Positions 27,167-36,286 are shown, counted from the stretch's first letter. The stretch: 36,871 nt of DNA from Deltaproteobacteria bacterium (GCA_046583355.1 JAYGCM010000060.1:1-36871); one strand, 5' to 3'. Numbers and translations: made by a program. The notes: a model not told the origin generated them from the letters alone.

Positions 27167-28084
27167 TCACATATGCCAGCGCCGGTGCACCCAGAGCCAT
27201 TGTTCGGGGTACCGGCGGATACAATCCTCGAAAGAGGCATTTACCTTGGTCATCATCTCGATCAGGAGCGCAGGATCCTTGTCGCGCTTCGGCGGCGGAA
27301 AGATCGGTTCTTGCACGATAATTTCGTGCTGCAGCGAATCGCCGCGCCGCGCCAGCACGCCGACCTGCAGCGGGACCTGCACCAATTGGGCGAGGCGCGC
27401 CGGTCCGAGCGCCGTCAGCGCCGGGCGGCCAAAGAAGAGCACAGGAGCGCCGCCGCCGCCCAACTCCCGCTGGTCGATTGGCAAGGTGATCAGCTCGCCA
27501 CGCTTGAGACGCTTGAGCAACTCGCGGGCGGCCGAGCGCTTGGGCAAGGCCTGCGTGCCGACGCGACCGCGGATGGCACTGAGGATCTGATCCGCGCGTG
27601 GGTTCTTGAATTCGCGGTGCACGATGGTGGCCGGATGTCCCAACAGTCCCTGCGCCTGCACCAAGAGCTCCCAATTGCCGAAATGCCCGGTGACCAGGAC
27701 GCGCGCACCACCAGCCATGCAAGTGCGCCAGCGCCGCTCATCCCCGCTCGAGGCGAAGCCGACCTTGGCGCGGATATTCTCGGGAGTAAGCTTGGAGAAA
27801 TGGGCCAACTCGCCGGCCAGCCGTCCGAGGTTGCGATAGGCCTCGCGCAGGGTCGCTTCGCGCCACGCCGGATCTTTTTCCGGGAAGGCAATCTCGAGGT
27901 TGGCGAGACCGATCGCGCGCAGCCGCCCGGTAAGGCGCATCGCCTGCGCCGTCACACCCGCGGCGAGCCCTGTAGCCGCGCGCTCCGGCAGCGCGCGCAA
28001 GATACCGATCACAACGCGCAGGGCTGCATATTCCAGCGCGTCCTGGCGCTCGCGTCCCGGTACTCGTGTTTCCTCGTCAGCCAT
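27167..28084 (-). CDS. Lipid A late acyltransferase family (LpxL/HtrB-like)
   Basis: NLEIAFPE, TGHFGNWE (HX4E), DQ, FFGRPA, PEQWLWVHRRW. Confidence 0.9.
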   Translation of the reverse strand: MADEETRVPGRERQDALEYAALRVVIGILRALPERAATGLAAGVTAQAMRLTGRLRAIGLANLEIAFPEKDPAWREATLREAYRNLGRLAGELAHFSKLTPENIRAKVGFASSGDERRWRTCMAGGARVLVTGHFGNWELLVQAQGLLGHPATIVHREFKNPRADQILSAIRGRVGTQALPKRSAARELLKRLKRGELITLPIDQRELGGGGAPVLFFGRPALTALGPARLAQLVQVPLQVGVLARRGDSLQHEIIVQEPIFPPPKRDKDPALLIEMMTKVNASFEDCIRRYPEQWLWVHRRWHM

Positions 28085-28105
28085 CCGTGGTGTATGTCCC
28101 CTTCC

Positions 28106-28267
28106 ATGCGGCACCCGCAAACGAAGCGCAAACAAGCCCGCAGTCTCTGGGCGGCATTCCTCGTCGTTCTTGCCAGCGGCCTGCTCAGCGCCTGCCCGGC
28201 ATGGCAGAAGCCGATCGATGCGGGACCGAAGGAGATCTTTCGTCCCAGCCTACTCGACCGGGGTTGA
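28106..28267 (+). CDS. Possible small or truncated lipoprotein (53 aa)
   Basis: MRHPQTKRKQARSLWAAFLVVLASGLLSAC: basic n-region, hydrophobic h-region and lipobox. Occupies the gap between two minus-strand genes. Confidence 0.35.
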   Translation: MRHPQTKRKQARSLWAAFLVVLASGLLSACPAWQKPIDAGPKEIFRPSLLDRG

Positions 28268-28903
28268 GGGCTCGTCCTCTTCGCGCAGGCGAATCCGTGA
28301 AAAAAGGTCCGCACGCTTGCCGGCCTTGTCTCGATAGAAATCCCGGATCTGGTCCATATCGGCCCGCACATCTCCTGTCGGCATCACCGCGGGGCCGAAG
28401 CCGCCGGTCTTGTTCTCATAGGAAAGAAAAGAGAGCAGGATCGGCACATTCGCGCCACGCGCGATATGATAGAATCCAGATTTCCAATACTCTGTCTGAC
28501 GGCGCGTGCCTTCGGGCGGTATCGTCAAGATAAGCCCCTCGTATTCATCAAAGGTCGCAATGAGTTCCTCGACCATATTGCCGCGGCGATGGCGCTGCAC
28601 GGGGACGCCGCCGAGCATCCGCATGAAGGGACCGAAGGGCCATTTGAAGAGAGAATGCTTGCCCAGCCAGGAGATGCGCACCTGGAAATGCGTGGCGCAG
28701 GCGAGCACCCAGACGAAATCCCAATTAGAGGTATGCGGCGCAGCGACAAGGACCATCTTCTTCGCCGTGGGCCGCTCGCCGACCATGGTCCAGCCGCCGA
28801 GGTGCAGCAGCAGCCAGCCAAGCGCGCGAATGAGCCAGCCATAGGGGCGCGAGGCGTCCTTGCCGTGGCTTTCTTTGTGGACGGATTCCGTGGGGGCCTG
28901 CAT
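28250..28903 (-). CDS. PlsC-family (1-acyl-sn-glycerol-3-phosphate) acyltransferase
   Basis: APHTSNWD (HX4D), GGVPV.R, PPEGTR, WKSGFYHIA. Confidence 0.92.
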   Translation of the reverse strand: MQAPTESVHKESHGKDASRPYGWLIRALGWLLLHLGGWTMVGERPTAKKMVLVAAPHTSNWDFVWVLACATHFQVRISWLGKHSLFKWPFGPFMRMLGGVPVQRHRRGNMVEELIATFDEYEGLILTIPPEGTRRQTEYWKSGFYHIARGANVPILLSFLSYENKTGGFGPAVMPTGDVRADMDQIRDFYRDKAGKRADLFSRIRLREEDEPSTPVE

Positions 28904-28928
28904 GGTACTTTTCTTCTCCCCGTATCTC

Positions 28929-29561
28929 TCAGCGAAAGTCTGCGGGCTCGCAGCGGCCGGCCTTCAGAGCCCGCACCAAAGCCTCTTCATCGGCGATTTC
29001 ATCTTCAAAGCGGGTCGCACAAAGCCCGACGAAGGCGACCAGATGTGCGTCACTCCCACCGAAGCCAGCATACCCGTGCGCGTCCATCAATTTCGTAGTG
29101 CAGGCGTCTTCGTCGCCGCGGCTACCGCCATTGATCGCCTCAACCGCCACAACACCTTCGAGCGGCGGCTTGTTCTGATAATGCGCCGCCAGACCGATAT
29201 TGGTTCGGCCCGGGTGGCAGGGCACGGCTACGCCGCCGAGACGATCGACTTCGGAGATGAGTTCCTGGGCCGGCAGGCGGATATCCGAGAAATCGAATCG
29301 TGCCGTGATCGCGTCGTTCACGCCGTATACGAGGATATGACCATACTCGGTCTCAACCTCGGCACCCCGTAAAATGCGCATGCCGTATTCATCCTCCAGC
29401 GCACGATAGTCCAGCTCGGCATTCCATTGCCGATGCTCCGTCAGCACGATCCCGTCGAGAGGACGCTCTTGGCGCTTGCGGCCAAGCACTTTCATATACG
29501 TCGCGACACCAGCGCGACTATCATCCGAGAGCTCGGAATGAACGTGCAGATCCAGGACCAT
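28929..29561 (-). CDS. PHP domain metal-dependent phosphoesterase
   Basis: DLHVHS, LTEH, GAEV....GHILVYG, CHPGR, GGSDAH. GGAGGAG RBS before ATG29561. Confidence 0.9.
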   Translation of the reverse strand: MVLDLHVHSELSDDSRAGVATYMKVLGRKRQERPLDGIVLTEHRQWNAELDYRALEDEYGMRILRGAEVETEYGHILVYGVNDAITARFDFSDIRLPAQELISEVDRLGGVAVPCHPGRTNIGLAAHYQNKPPLEGVVAVEAINGGSRGDEDACTTKLMDAHGYAGFGGSDAHLVAFVGLCATRFEDEIADEEALVRALKAGRCEPADFR

Positions 29562-29572
29562 CTCCTCCAAGC

Positions 29573-29647
29573 CTAGAGGTCCAGCCGAAAAGCACAACGG
29601 CAACGAGTGTTCGTTGTGCTTCGTTGCCTTTTCGGCCGGGCCTCTAG
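29573..29647. mobile_element. 75-bp MITE-like element with 20-bp inverted ends including CTAG
   Basis: CTAGAGGTCCAGCCGAAAAG ... CTTTTCGGCCGGGCCTCTAG (18/20 match). Fills almost the whole intergenic gap. Confidence 0.78.
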
Positions 29648-30183
29648 ACGTTCTCTTGTACGATAGAGAGAAACTCGACGGTCACGCCAAGCTCACCCTT
29701 CTCGGCCGCCTTGTCGAAGTACTTGACCAAAGTCGGTCGGTCGCCGGCAAAATCGTAGCGCGGCACACCCCAGCCGCAGGAGGTCTGCACCTTCTCGATC
29801 TTGATATCGAAGATCTGGCGGGTGGCGTCACCGAGTATGGACGAGTCGATCTGCGCGGCGAGATCGGCGAACTCCGGTGTGCCGGCGAGCAAGGGGCGGC
29901 CGCGACCATAGACACGCAGAATCCAGGCCTGGTTCTCGAACCCGCAGAACATGAAGGTCACGCGTGCTCCCTGGCCAAGATGCGAAGCCGTCTGGTTGCC
30001 GCTGCCCGGCAGGTCAACGTAGGCAAGCCTATTCGGACCGAGAATGTGCAGCGCGTCGTAGCCCTTCGGCGAGAGATTGGGAAAGCCCTCGCCCTGCGCC
30101 GGCGCCGTCGCGACAAAAAACATCTTCTGCTGCCTGATGAAATCGACATGCTTGTCGCTCAGGGAATCCGAAAAATCAGCCAT
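29644..30183 (-). CDS. Pyridoxamine 5'-phosphate oxidase-like FMN-binding protein
   Basis: FIRQQKMFFVATAP, NLSPKG, GSGNQT, TFMFCGF, ILRVYGRG, VQTSCGWGVP. GGAGGAG RBS upstream. Confidence 0.9.
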   Translation of the reverse strand: MADFSDSLSDKHVDFIRQQKMFFVATAPAQGEGFPNLSPKGYDALHILGPNRLAYVDLPGSGNQTASHLGQGARVTFMFCGFENQAWILRVYGRGRPLLAGTPEFADLAAQIDSSILGDATRQIFDIKIEKVQTSCGWGVPRYDFAGDRPTLVKYFDKAAEKGELGVTVEFLSIVQENV

Positions 30184-30239
30184 GGCTCTCCTCCGCTGGT
30201 CATCGTGCCCGATCCGCACGGGAACGGAAAGCGCCCGAT

Positions 30240-30360
30240 CAGGCGCGGCCGCTGAGGCGCTTGCGCGGGAAGCGGCCGGCCGAGACGGGGGTCAACGCGG
30301 CAGACTCTTGGGCCTCGCGCCCTACAACCCCTTCCGCAGAGACTGATTCGGCCTCGCCTG
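30240..30360. repeat. Intergenic segment bounded by an 11/12 inverted repeat resembling the MITE ends
   Basis: CAGGCGCGGCCG (30240-30251) and CGGCCTCGCCTG (30349-30360). No flanking CTAG. Confidence 0.35.
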
Positions 30361-30401
30361 CTCTCCGGAATACGTTCCGAACAACCTGGTTTCCTGACGC
30401 T

Positions 30402-31532
30402 CTAAGTATCCCAGCCGAAGCGCTCGAAGAGCTCGGGCAACTCGGCGCGAATCGAGTCGGCTTTGAGGCCGAACTCCTCGAGGCTGTAGCGGTGATCCGT
30501 TTTATGGTTGCGCGCGCGCTTGCCTTCACCCAGTAGAGTTTCCCGGGTCGCGTCGGACATATCGAGGCCGAGGTCGCGGTACACTGTCTCGATCGTGGTG
30601 GCGGGGTCCGCGATCAGGTCGCGGTAGTCGACGATCGAATGCGGCACATCGGGCCGGCTCGCAAGCACCTCCAAGGGGTGTCGGTAGGTGTAGAAGGATT
30701 GGTTGGCGAGGAAGGCCAGACATCGCGCTTGACGTTCCTCGTCCCAGCCCAGCCGCTTCCATCCGCCACGCATCAGCTTGAGCAGGCTCGGGATGGTCTC
30801 GTAGGGGTTGCGTACGGGCACGACGATGCGGGCGTCGGGGAAGGTTTCGAGCAGAGCCTCGACGCGGCCGGAAAAGACCGGGTTCTTGCTCAGGTGGGTC
30901 TTGTCCGCGCCGTTGAGATAGAGCTGGCGCCGCAGGCAGTCGCGGTAGAAGCGCATCAGGCGCTTGCGCTTCTTCGCGGGCCATTGGTCGACCGAGTAGA
31001 AATCGATCTCGCCCATATAGGGCATCTTGGTGATCCAGAAGCCCGAGGCAAGCGAGTAATACAGGACGATATCGTCTTCTTCGAGATGCAGGAGTCCCAT
31101 ATCGTGCACCTTGCGCATGGCCGCGTAATGGCGGTCGTCCCAAGCCTGAATGCGCTTCTCGATGGGCCCACCACATTTGCGGTCCAGCATAGCCAACTTG
31201 CGGATCAGCCATTTCTGCAGAAGCGAGGGGAAATACATCTCGTAGAGCATGAAGGAGCTGAAGCGTTCCTGGTCCTGGCTCAGGAGGCGATGCATCAGCG
31301 TCGTACCGCTGCGTGCGTGGCCGATGACAAATACCGGCTTTACGATCTTCGTGCGCCATAAACCGGGGAAGAAAATTCCGTCAAGAAAGAAGCAAATCGC
31401 GTGAAAGGTGGCCACCGGCGGCACCCAAAGCAGCAGGATCACCAGGAACCACCCCCGTACCTTGGGGTTGTTCTCGTTCCACGCGAGGCGCAAAAGCTTG
31501 AAGTAATTCTGCCAATTGAAATGAAAAATCAT
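30402..31532 (-). CDS. PAPS-dependent sulfotransferase (Sulfotransfer_3 / Stf3-like)
   Basis: PVFVIGHARSGTT (5'-PSB), SKNP, VRNPYETIPS (3'-PB), YRDL, HRYSLEEFGL. AGGAAGG precedes ATG31532. Confidence 0.9.
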   Translation of the reverse strand: MIFHFNWQNYFKLLRLAWNENNPKVRGWFLVILLLWVPPVATFHAICFFLDGIFFPGLWRTKIVKPVFVIGHARSGTTLMHRLLSQDQERFSSFMLYEMYFPSLLQKWLIRKLAMLDRKCGGPIEKRIQAWDDRHYAAMRKVHDMGLLHLEEDDIVLYYSLASGFWITKMPYMGEIDFYSVDQWPAKKRKRLMRFYRDCLRRQLYLNGADKTHLSKNPVFSGRVEALLETFPDARIVVPVRNPYETIPSLLKLMRGGWKRLGWDEERQARCLAFLANQSFYTYRHPLEVLASRPDVPHSIVDYRDLIADPATTIETVYRDLGLDMSDATRETLLGEGKRARNHKTDHRYSLEEFGLKADSIRAELPELFERFGWDT

Positions 31533-31676
31533 GATGCCTTCCTGAGGACAGCGGACGATTTCACAGGAGCCGCAGAGGGGCGGTGTAGATGCCCTAGCAC
31601 GGGCGCGGGCCGAACTATCAGCCGCGTGACAGCCGGATTCGATTGACGGTATCCGACAATCCACCTAAGAAGGGGC

Positions 31677-33035
31677 ATGCTCACACGAACGCTGACTCAC
31701 AGTCTTCTCGCCCTTACCTTGCTTGCGGCATGCGGCGGCAGCGACCCGGACGATGGTTCCGGCACCGACGTCGATCTCCTCGGCAAGGACAGCCCGACTT
31801 GCACGATCTCGCGTGAGCGCGTCCTCAACCCGCGACTGACCACCCGCGTACCGGGTGGGAAGAAGGCCGATCTCTGTGATTTCGGCGTATTCGCATGGGA
31901 GAGTTTCCTCTACCTGGTCGCGCCGTCGGACGCGGATCCTTCCTTGCGCCGTTTTCAATCCAGCGATGATTTCCCGCAATACCTCGGCCAAGGCGAGGAT
32001 AGTTGCGGCTCGCTTACGAGTTCAGGCCCCTTCTTCAAGGCAACCAACGTGGCCGCACCAAGCCCAAGCGTCGAAGCGGGCACCGATAGCGTGGTCTATT
32101 CCGTCCATGGCGCGCCTGGGTCGGGCGACAATCTGATCCTCTACAATATCCGCTTCAGCCGGGATCTATGCACGGCAGAGGGACCGAATCTGCCGGCGGA
32201 TCTGGTCGAGATCAAAACCGCCTGGCGGGCGCTGCAAGCCGGTGGCGACCATAGCCGATACTTCGTGATCGACGTAGAAATCGACGGCGTCGAGACCAAG
32301 CTTGGCTTGATCGGCTTCCACCTGGCACAGATCACCAAGAACCACCCCGAGATGGTCTGGTCGACGTGGGAGCATATCGACAATGTCCCGGATTGCGTGA
32401 ACAGCGATGCCGCACCGCCCCGCCCCCGCGCCGGCTGGACGATGACCAGCGACGCCTGTGCCTCCTGTCTAGTCAACCCCGAGAGCACCGATTGCAGCGC
32501 AGCCTGCACGACCGAAGATACGACCTTCACTCCCGCGACGAGCCCGATCAACCAGGGTTGGTCGATCACGGGCCTGACCGATATCCCACTGCAGGCGGCG
32601 CCGACCAATATCTGCCGGATCTATCCGCAGGGGACCCGAGCGGACGACAACCAAGCCGACACCAACCGGCAGAACATCAACGAATTGAACGACCAGGTGA
32701 TCGGCCCCGAGGGCTATTTGTCCTCATTGCCGCGCCGCGACCCGCAAAGCGTCTGGCAGCATTATCAGTTGGTGGGCGGAATCTGGTTCAACGCGGAAGG
32801 CTCCCCCGAGCTCCAGCCCGACAGCAACCCCGATTTGCAGCGCGGTTCGATCCAGCTGGAAAATACCGTCATGGAGACGACGTTCCAGTCGTTCGCCGCC
32901 TTCGACCCCTCAACGGAACCCACCCAGGCCGGCTTGAATTGCTTCACCTGCCATAACGCCCAGGACTGGAACGAGACGCTGGCGAGCAAGGTCAGCCATA
33001 TCGCGCCCTATGTGCACGGGGACACCCCCGACTGA
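31677..33035 (+). CDS. Cys-rich lipoprotein with single C-terminal CxxCH (putative c-type cytochrome)
   Basis: Lipobox LLAAC; motifs FAWESF, EIKTAWR, GLIGFH, WSTWEHIDN, N.VMET; CFTCH near the C-terminus. Confidence 0.75.
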   Translation: MLTRTLTHSLLALTLLAACGGSDPDDGSGTDVDLLGKDSPTCTISRERVLNPRLTTRVPGGKKADLCDFGVFAWESFLYLVAPSDADPSLRRFQSSDDFPQYLGQGEDSCGSLTSSGPFFKATNVAAPSPSVEAGTDSVVYSVHGAPGSGDNLILYNIRFSRDLCTAEGPNLPADLVEIKTAWRALQAGGDHSRYFVIDVEIDGVETKLGLIGFHLAQITKNHPEMVWSTWEHIDNVPDCVNSDAAPPRPRAGWTMTSDACASCLVNPESTDCSAACTTEDTTFTPATSPINQGWSITGLTDIPLQAAPTNICRIYPQGTRADDNQADTNRQNINELNDQVIGPEGYLSSLPRRDPQSVWQHYQLVGGIWFNAEGSPELQPDSNPDLQRGSIQLENTVMETTFQSFAAFDPSTEPTQAGLNCFTCHNAQDWNETLASKVSHIAPYVHGDTPD

Positions 33036-33064
33036 TCCGTACGGCCGGCCCCCCGCCCGAGCGC

Positions 33065-33670
33065 CTAACTCGCGCTCGGGCGCTGCTTGAAGGCGGCGAA
33101 CCAGCGCAGCACGTTTTTGCTCTCCGGGGCGGCCTCCACGCCGGCAAACTCGCCGAAGGCCAAGGCAGCAAAGAGCGTGCAATCGGCAAACGTCGGTTTG
33201 TCTCCGGCAACGAAGGCATTGTCGCCGATTTTCGCATCGAGGACGGCGAGATTCCGCGTGAACCTTGCCCGGCCCGCTTCGGCGACATCGGGCGATTGCC
33301 TGACGCTCTTGGCGAAAAAAGGCGAGGTGTTCTGGAAGACCGCGGCCACGGCATTCAAGACGCCGGTATCCGCGATGCGCTCCAGCTCGCGCACGCGCGC
33401 GCGCGCCTGCGCATTGGTGCCGAGCATGGGGTTCTCGGGGTGCAACTCCTCAAGGTATTCCATGATCGCGAGCGACTCGGTGAGGTAGGAGCCGTCGTCG
33501 AGCTGCAGGACCGGGAGTGCTCCAAACGGGTTCTTGGCGAGGAACTCGGGCGTCTTCTGTTCCCCCTTCATGATATCGATCTCGACCTGAGGGATGTCGA
33601 GCCCCTTCTCCTTCACATAGAGAATGACCTTGCGGGGGTTGGGCGGGATTGCTGAGACGTAGAGCTTCAT
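33065..33670 (-). CDS. Glutathione S-transferase family protein
   Basis: MKLY...PNPRKV, KNPFGALPVL, ESLAIMEYLEE, FVAGDKPTFADC. AAGGA precedes ATG33670; the ORF-track extension to 34114 overlaps the P450 gene. Confidence 0.92.
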   Translation of the reverse strand: MKLYVSAIPPNPRKVILYVKEKGLDIPQVEIDIMKGEQKTPEFLAKNPFGALPVLQLDDGSYLTESLAIMEYLEELHPENPMLGTNAQARARVRELERIADTGVLNAVAAVFQNTSPFFAKSVRQSPDVAEAGRARFTRNLAVLDAKIGDNAFVAGDKPTFADCTLFAALAFGEFAGVEAAPESKNVLRWFAAFKQRPSAS

Positions 33671-33884
33671 TTCCTTGTCCTCCTGATCCGTGACGCTAAC
33701 GAGCCGCGGCCGAGGTGCCAATACGGGAAAGATTCGATGCTCTTTCGGTTGCCGCCGGTGTTCAGACCCCCGACAGATCTTGCGCGCGCGACACAGCATC
33801 GCGGAGATCCCCCAGACCCTTCGCACGGCCGGTCGGCCGCGGGGAGAGGCTTCGCATCCGGATAGGGATCCCCGCCCGGCCTGC

Positions 33885-35126
33885 TCAGCAGGGCTTGGCC
33901 GTGAGCACGAGGCTCTCGAGGCGGCGCGTGAAGATGCTCTTCGCGTAGACCGGCTGCGTATCGGGCGCGATGGAGATCTGGGAGGTCCGAGCGAGAAGCT
34001 CCTCGCAGAGGATGCGTGCCTCGAGGCGGGCCACGCCGGCGCCGATGCAGAAATGCGCGCCGCGACCGAAGCCCAGGTGGTCGCGCGCATGCGCCCGGTC
34101 GAGGCGTAGCTCATCAGGCGCGTCGAAGACGGCGGCGTCGCGGTTGGCCGAGGCCCAGAGCAGCATCAGGCGATCGCCTTGACGGATCTCGAAGCCGCCA
34201 AGCTCGGAGTCCCGGCGCGCCACGCGGTAATGGAAATTGAAAGGCGGGTGCAGACGAGCGATCTCTTCGACAAATGCCGAAATCAGATCGGGGGAGGCGC
34301 GCAACTGATCGGCCAGCTGCGGTTCTTCGGCAAGCCGGCGCATAGCCGAGCCGATCAACGCGGCGGTCGACTCGCCACCGGCACCAAAAAGCACCGTAGC
34401 GATCGCGATCCCCTCTTCGCGGTCGAGCTGACCGGCCGCGATGCCACGCGCGAGCGAATGCAGCAGCGGAGCCCCGACGTCCGCGCGGGTAGCGGCCAGC
34501 GCGCGGTCGAGGTGCTCACCCAGATAGGCGTGCATCTTCGTGGTTTCGCTCGCCAACGTGATCAGCGTCGCCTCGTCCACATCGCCGGCGAGAATCTCGC
34601 CGCCCATCATTGCCCAGACGCGAAAGCGACTGATATCATCCTCGGGCAGGCCCAGAAGCTCGCCGACCACCTGCGCCGGAAGAATCTCAGCGATCGGCAC
34701 GAAGTCGCCCCCGCCGCGTGCGAGCCAGTCGCCCACCGCGCTTCGCGTCCACCGCCAGATCGGCTCCTCAAGCGCCGCGATCTGGCGCGCCACCATGCGC
34801 GGTTGCACGGCCGCGCGATGGACCCCATGCTCGGGCTCGTCGGCGGTCGCGATCACTCGCGTGGCTGGCGAGTCAGGTAACGCAAAAACCGTCGGTGCCC
34901 CCTGCGCTCCGCGCATCAGAACACCGGTGAGATGCGCCGAAAAATCCTCCTCGCGCGCCAGTGCGTCTTCGATCAGCGCGCGCGTGGCCACCAGATGCAC
35001 GCCCGTCTCCCCCACCTGGGACACCGGCCGCTCTTCGCGCAGGCGTCGATAGAAGGGATAGGGATCGGCAATTGTTGCCGAGGCAAAAATCTCATCTACC
35101 TGCGAGGAGTAGGCGGGCGCGCGCAT
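33885..35126 (-). CDS. Cytochrome P450
   Basis: DPYPFY, I-helix AGGEST, ExxR (EEIAR), WASANRD, heme ligand FGRGAHFCIG. Confidence 0.95.
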   Translation of the reverse strand: MRAPAYSSQVDEIFASATIADPYPFYRRLREERPVSQVGETGVHLVATRALIEDALAREEDFSAHLTGVLMRGAQGAPTVFALPDSPATRVIATADEPEHGVHRAAVQPRMVARQIAALEEPIWRWTRSAVGDWLARGGGDFVPIAEILPAQVVGELLGLPEDDISRFRVWAMMGGEILAGDVDEATLITLASETTKMHAYLGEHLDRALAATRADVGAPLLHSLARGIAAGQLDREEGIAIATVLFGAGGESTAALIGSAMRRLAEEPQLADQLRASPDLISAFVEEIARLHPPFNFHYRVARRDSELGGFEIRQGDRLMLLWASANRDAAVFDAPDELRLDRAHARDHLGFGRGAHFCIGAGVARLEARILCEELLARTSQISIAPDTQPVYAKSIFTRRLESLVLTAKPC

Positions 35127-35272
35127 GCCGGAATCCTACTGGCTCGCCACGACCCCGTCGAACATCGGAACTTCTCGCTACCTGAACGAATCCGGACGCG
35201 AGGGGGAACCTCCCCAGGACTTGCGACTAGAGGCGCGGTTGCGGAACGACCTTACGAACGCGAAGAGAGTCC

Positions 35273-36286
35273 ATGCATTGTCTGCGCACACCCGACGAAC
35301 GCTTCGAGAACCTTCCCGGCTATTCCTTCGCGCCGCATTATACCGAAGTCGATGACGGCGAGGGCGGGCGCTTGCGCATCCACCATATCGACGAGGGGCC
35401 GCGCGAGGCGCCGATCGTGCTCTGCATGCACGGCCAACCCAGCTGGAGCTACCTCTACCGTCATATGATTTCGGCATTGACCGAAGCTGGATTACGCGTC
35501 ATCGCCCCCGACCTGGTCGGCTACGGCCGCTCGGACAAACCGGCGGCGCGGGAAGATTATTCCTACCAGCGCCAGGTCGATTGGATGACGGCCTGGCTTG
35601 TCGCCAACGACCTCCACGAGATTACCTTCTTCGGCCAGGATTGGGGCGGCCTGATCGGCCTGCGCCTGGTGGCCGAGAACCAGGCGCGCTTCGCCCGGGT
35701 CGTGATTGCCAACACGGGCCTGCCGACGCCTGCCGATACACCGGCCGAGGTTGCCGCTGAGGTCCGCCGCTTCCGCGCCGAGGCCCCCACGCCCACCATG
35801 GCAGAGGTGATGGCCGCGCTCAGCGGCCAGAGCGGCGGCTCGCAGCCCTTGAACTTTGCCCATTGGCAGAAATGGTGCTGGGAGACCGAAGACCTGCCGG
35901 TCGGCCTTGCCGTGGCCGGCGCCACCGGCGGCAAGCAACTCTCCGCCGAAGAAATCGCCGCCTACGACGCCCCCTTCCCCGACGCCTCCTACAAGATGGG
36001 CGCGCGCGCCATGCCGACACATGTGCCAACTCTCGCAGACGACCCCTCGGTGGCGGCCAACCTGCGCGCCTGGGAAGTTTTGCGCAAATGGGAGAAGCCC
36101 TTCGTCTGCGCCTTCAGCGACAACGACCCGGTCAGCGGCGGCGGCGAGAAACGCTTCATCGCCAAGGTGCCCGGTGCGCAAAACCGGACGCATATCACGA
36201 TCAACGGCGGCGGCCATTTCCTCCAGGAGGCCAAGGGCGAGGAGCTCGCGGCCATCGTCGCCAAACTGATCAGGGAGCCGAGCTGA
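35273..36286 (+). CDS. Haloalkane dehalogenase (HLD-I-like)
   Basis: LRTPDERF, HGQPSWSYLYR, PDLVGYGRSDKP, nucleophile QDWGG, FSDND, GHFLQE. Confidence 0.92.
   Translation: MHCLRTPDERFENLPGYSFAPHYTEVDDGEGGRLRIHHIDEGPREAPIVLCMHGQPSWSYLYRHMISALTEAGLRVIAPDLVGYGRSDKPAAREDYSYQRQVDWMTAWLVANDLHEITFFGQDWGGLIGLRLVAENQARFARVVIANTGLPTPADTPAEVAAEVRRFRAEAPTPTMAEVMAALSGQSGGSQPLNFAHWQKWCWETEDLPVGLAVAGATGGKQLSAEEIAAYDAPFPDASYKMGARAMPTHVPTLADDPSVAANLRAWEVLRKWEKPFVCAFSDNDPVSGGGEKRFIAKVPGAQNRTHITINGGGHFLQEAKGEELAAIVAKLIREPS

Noticed and set aside
26342..28093. 641-aa plus-strand ORF 26342..28267
   Set aside because: Antisense to glgA, the coiled-coil gene and the LpxL-like gene. Only its last ~55 codons look protein-like, and these are reported separately.
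30240..30400. Glycine or other riboswitch upstream of the PNPOx-like gene
   Set aside because: GGAGAG is present on the minus strand, but the CCGAAG and CTCAGG core elements are not. No other riboswitch consensus was recognised.
33671..34114. N-terminal extension of the GST ORF to 349 aa
   Set aside because: It overlaps the P450 3' end in another frame and has low-complexity composition. GST homology and an RBS begin at ATG33670.
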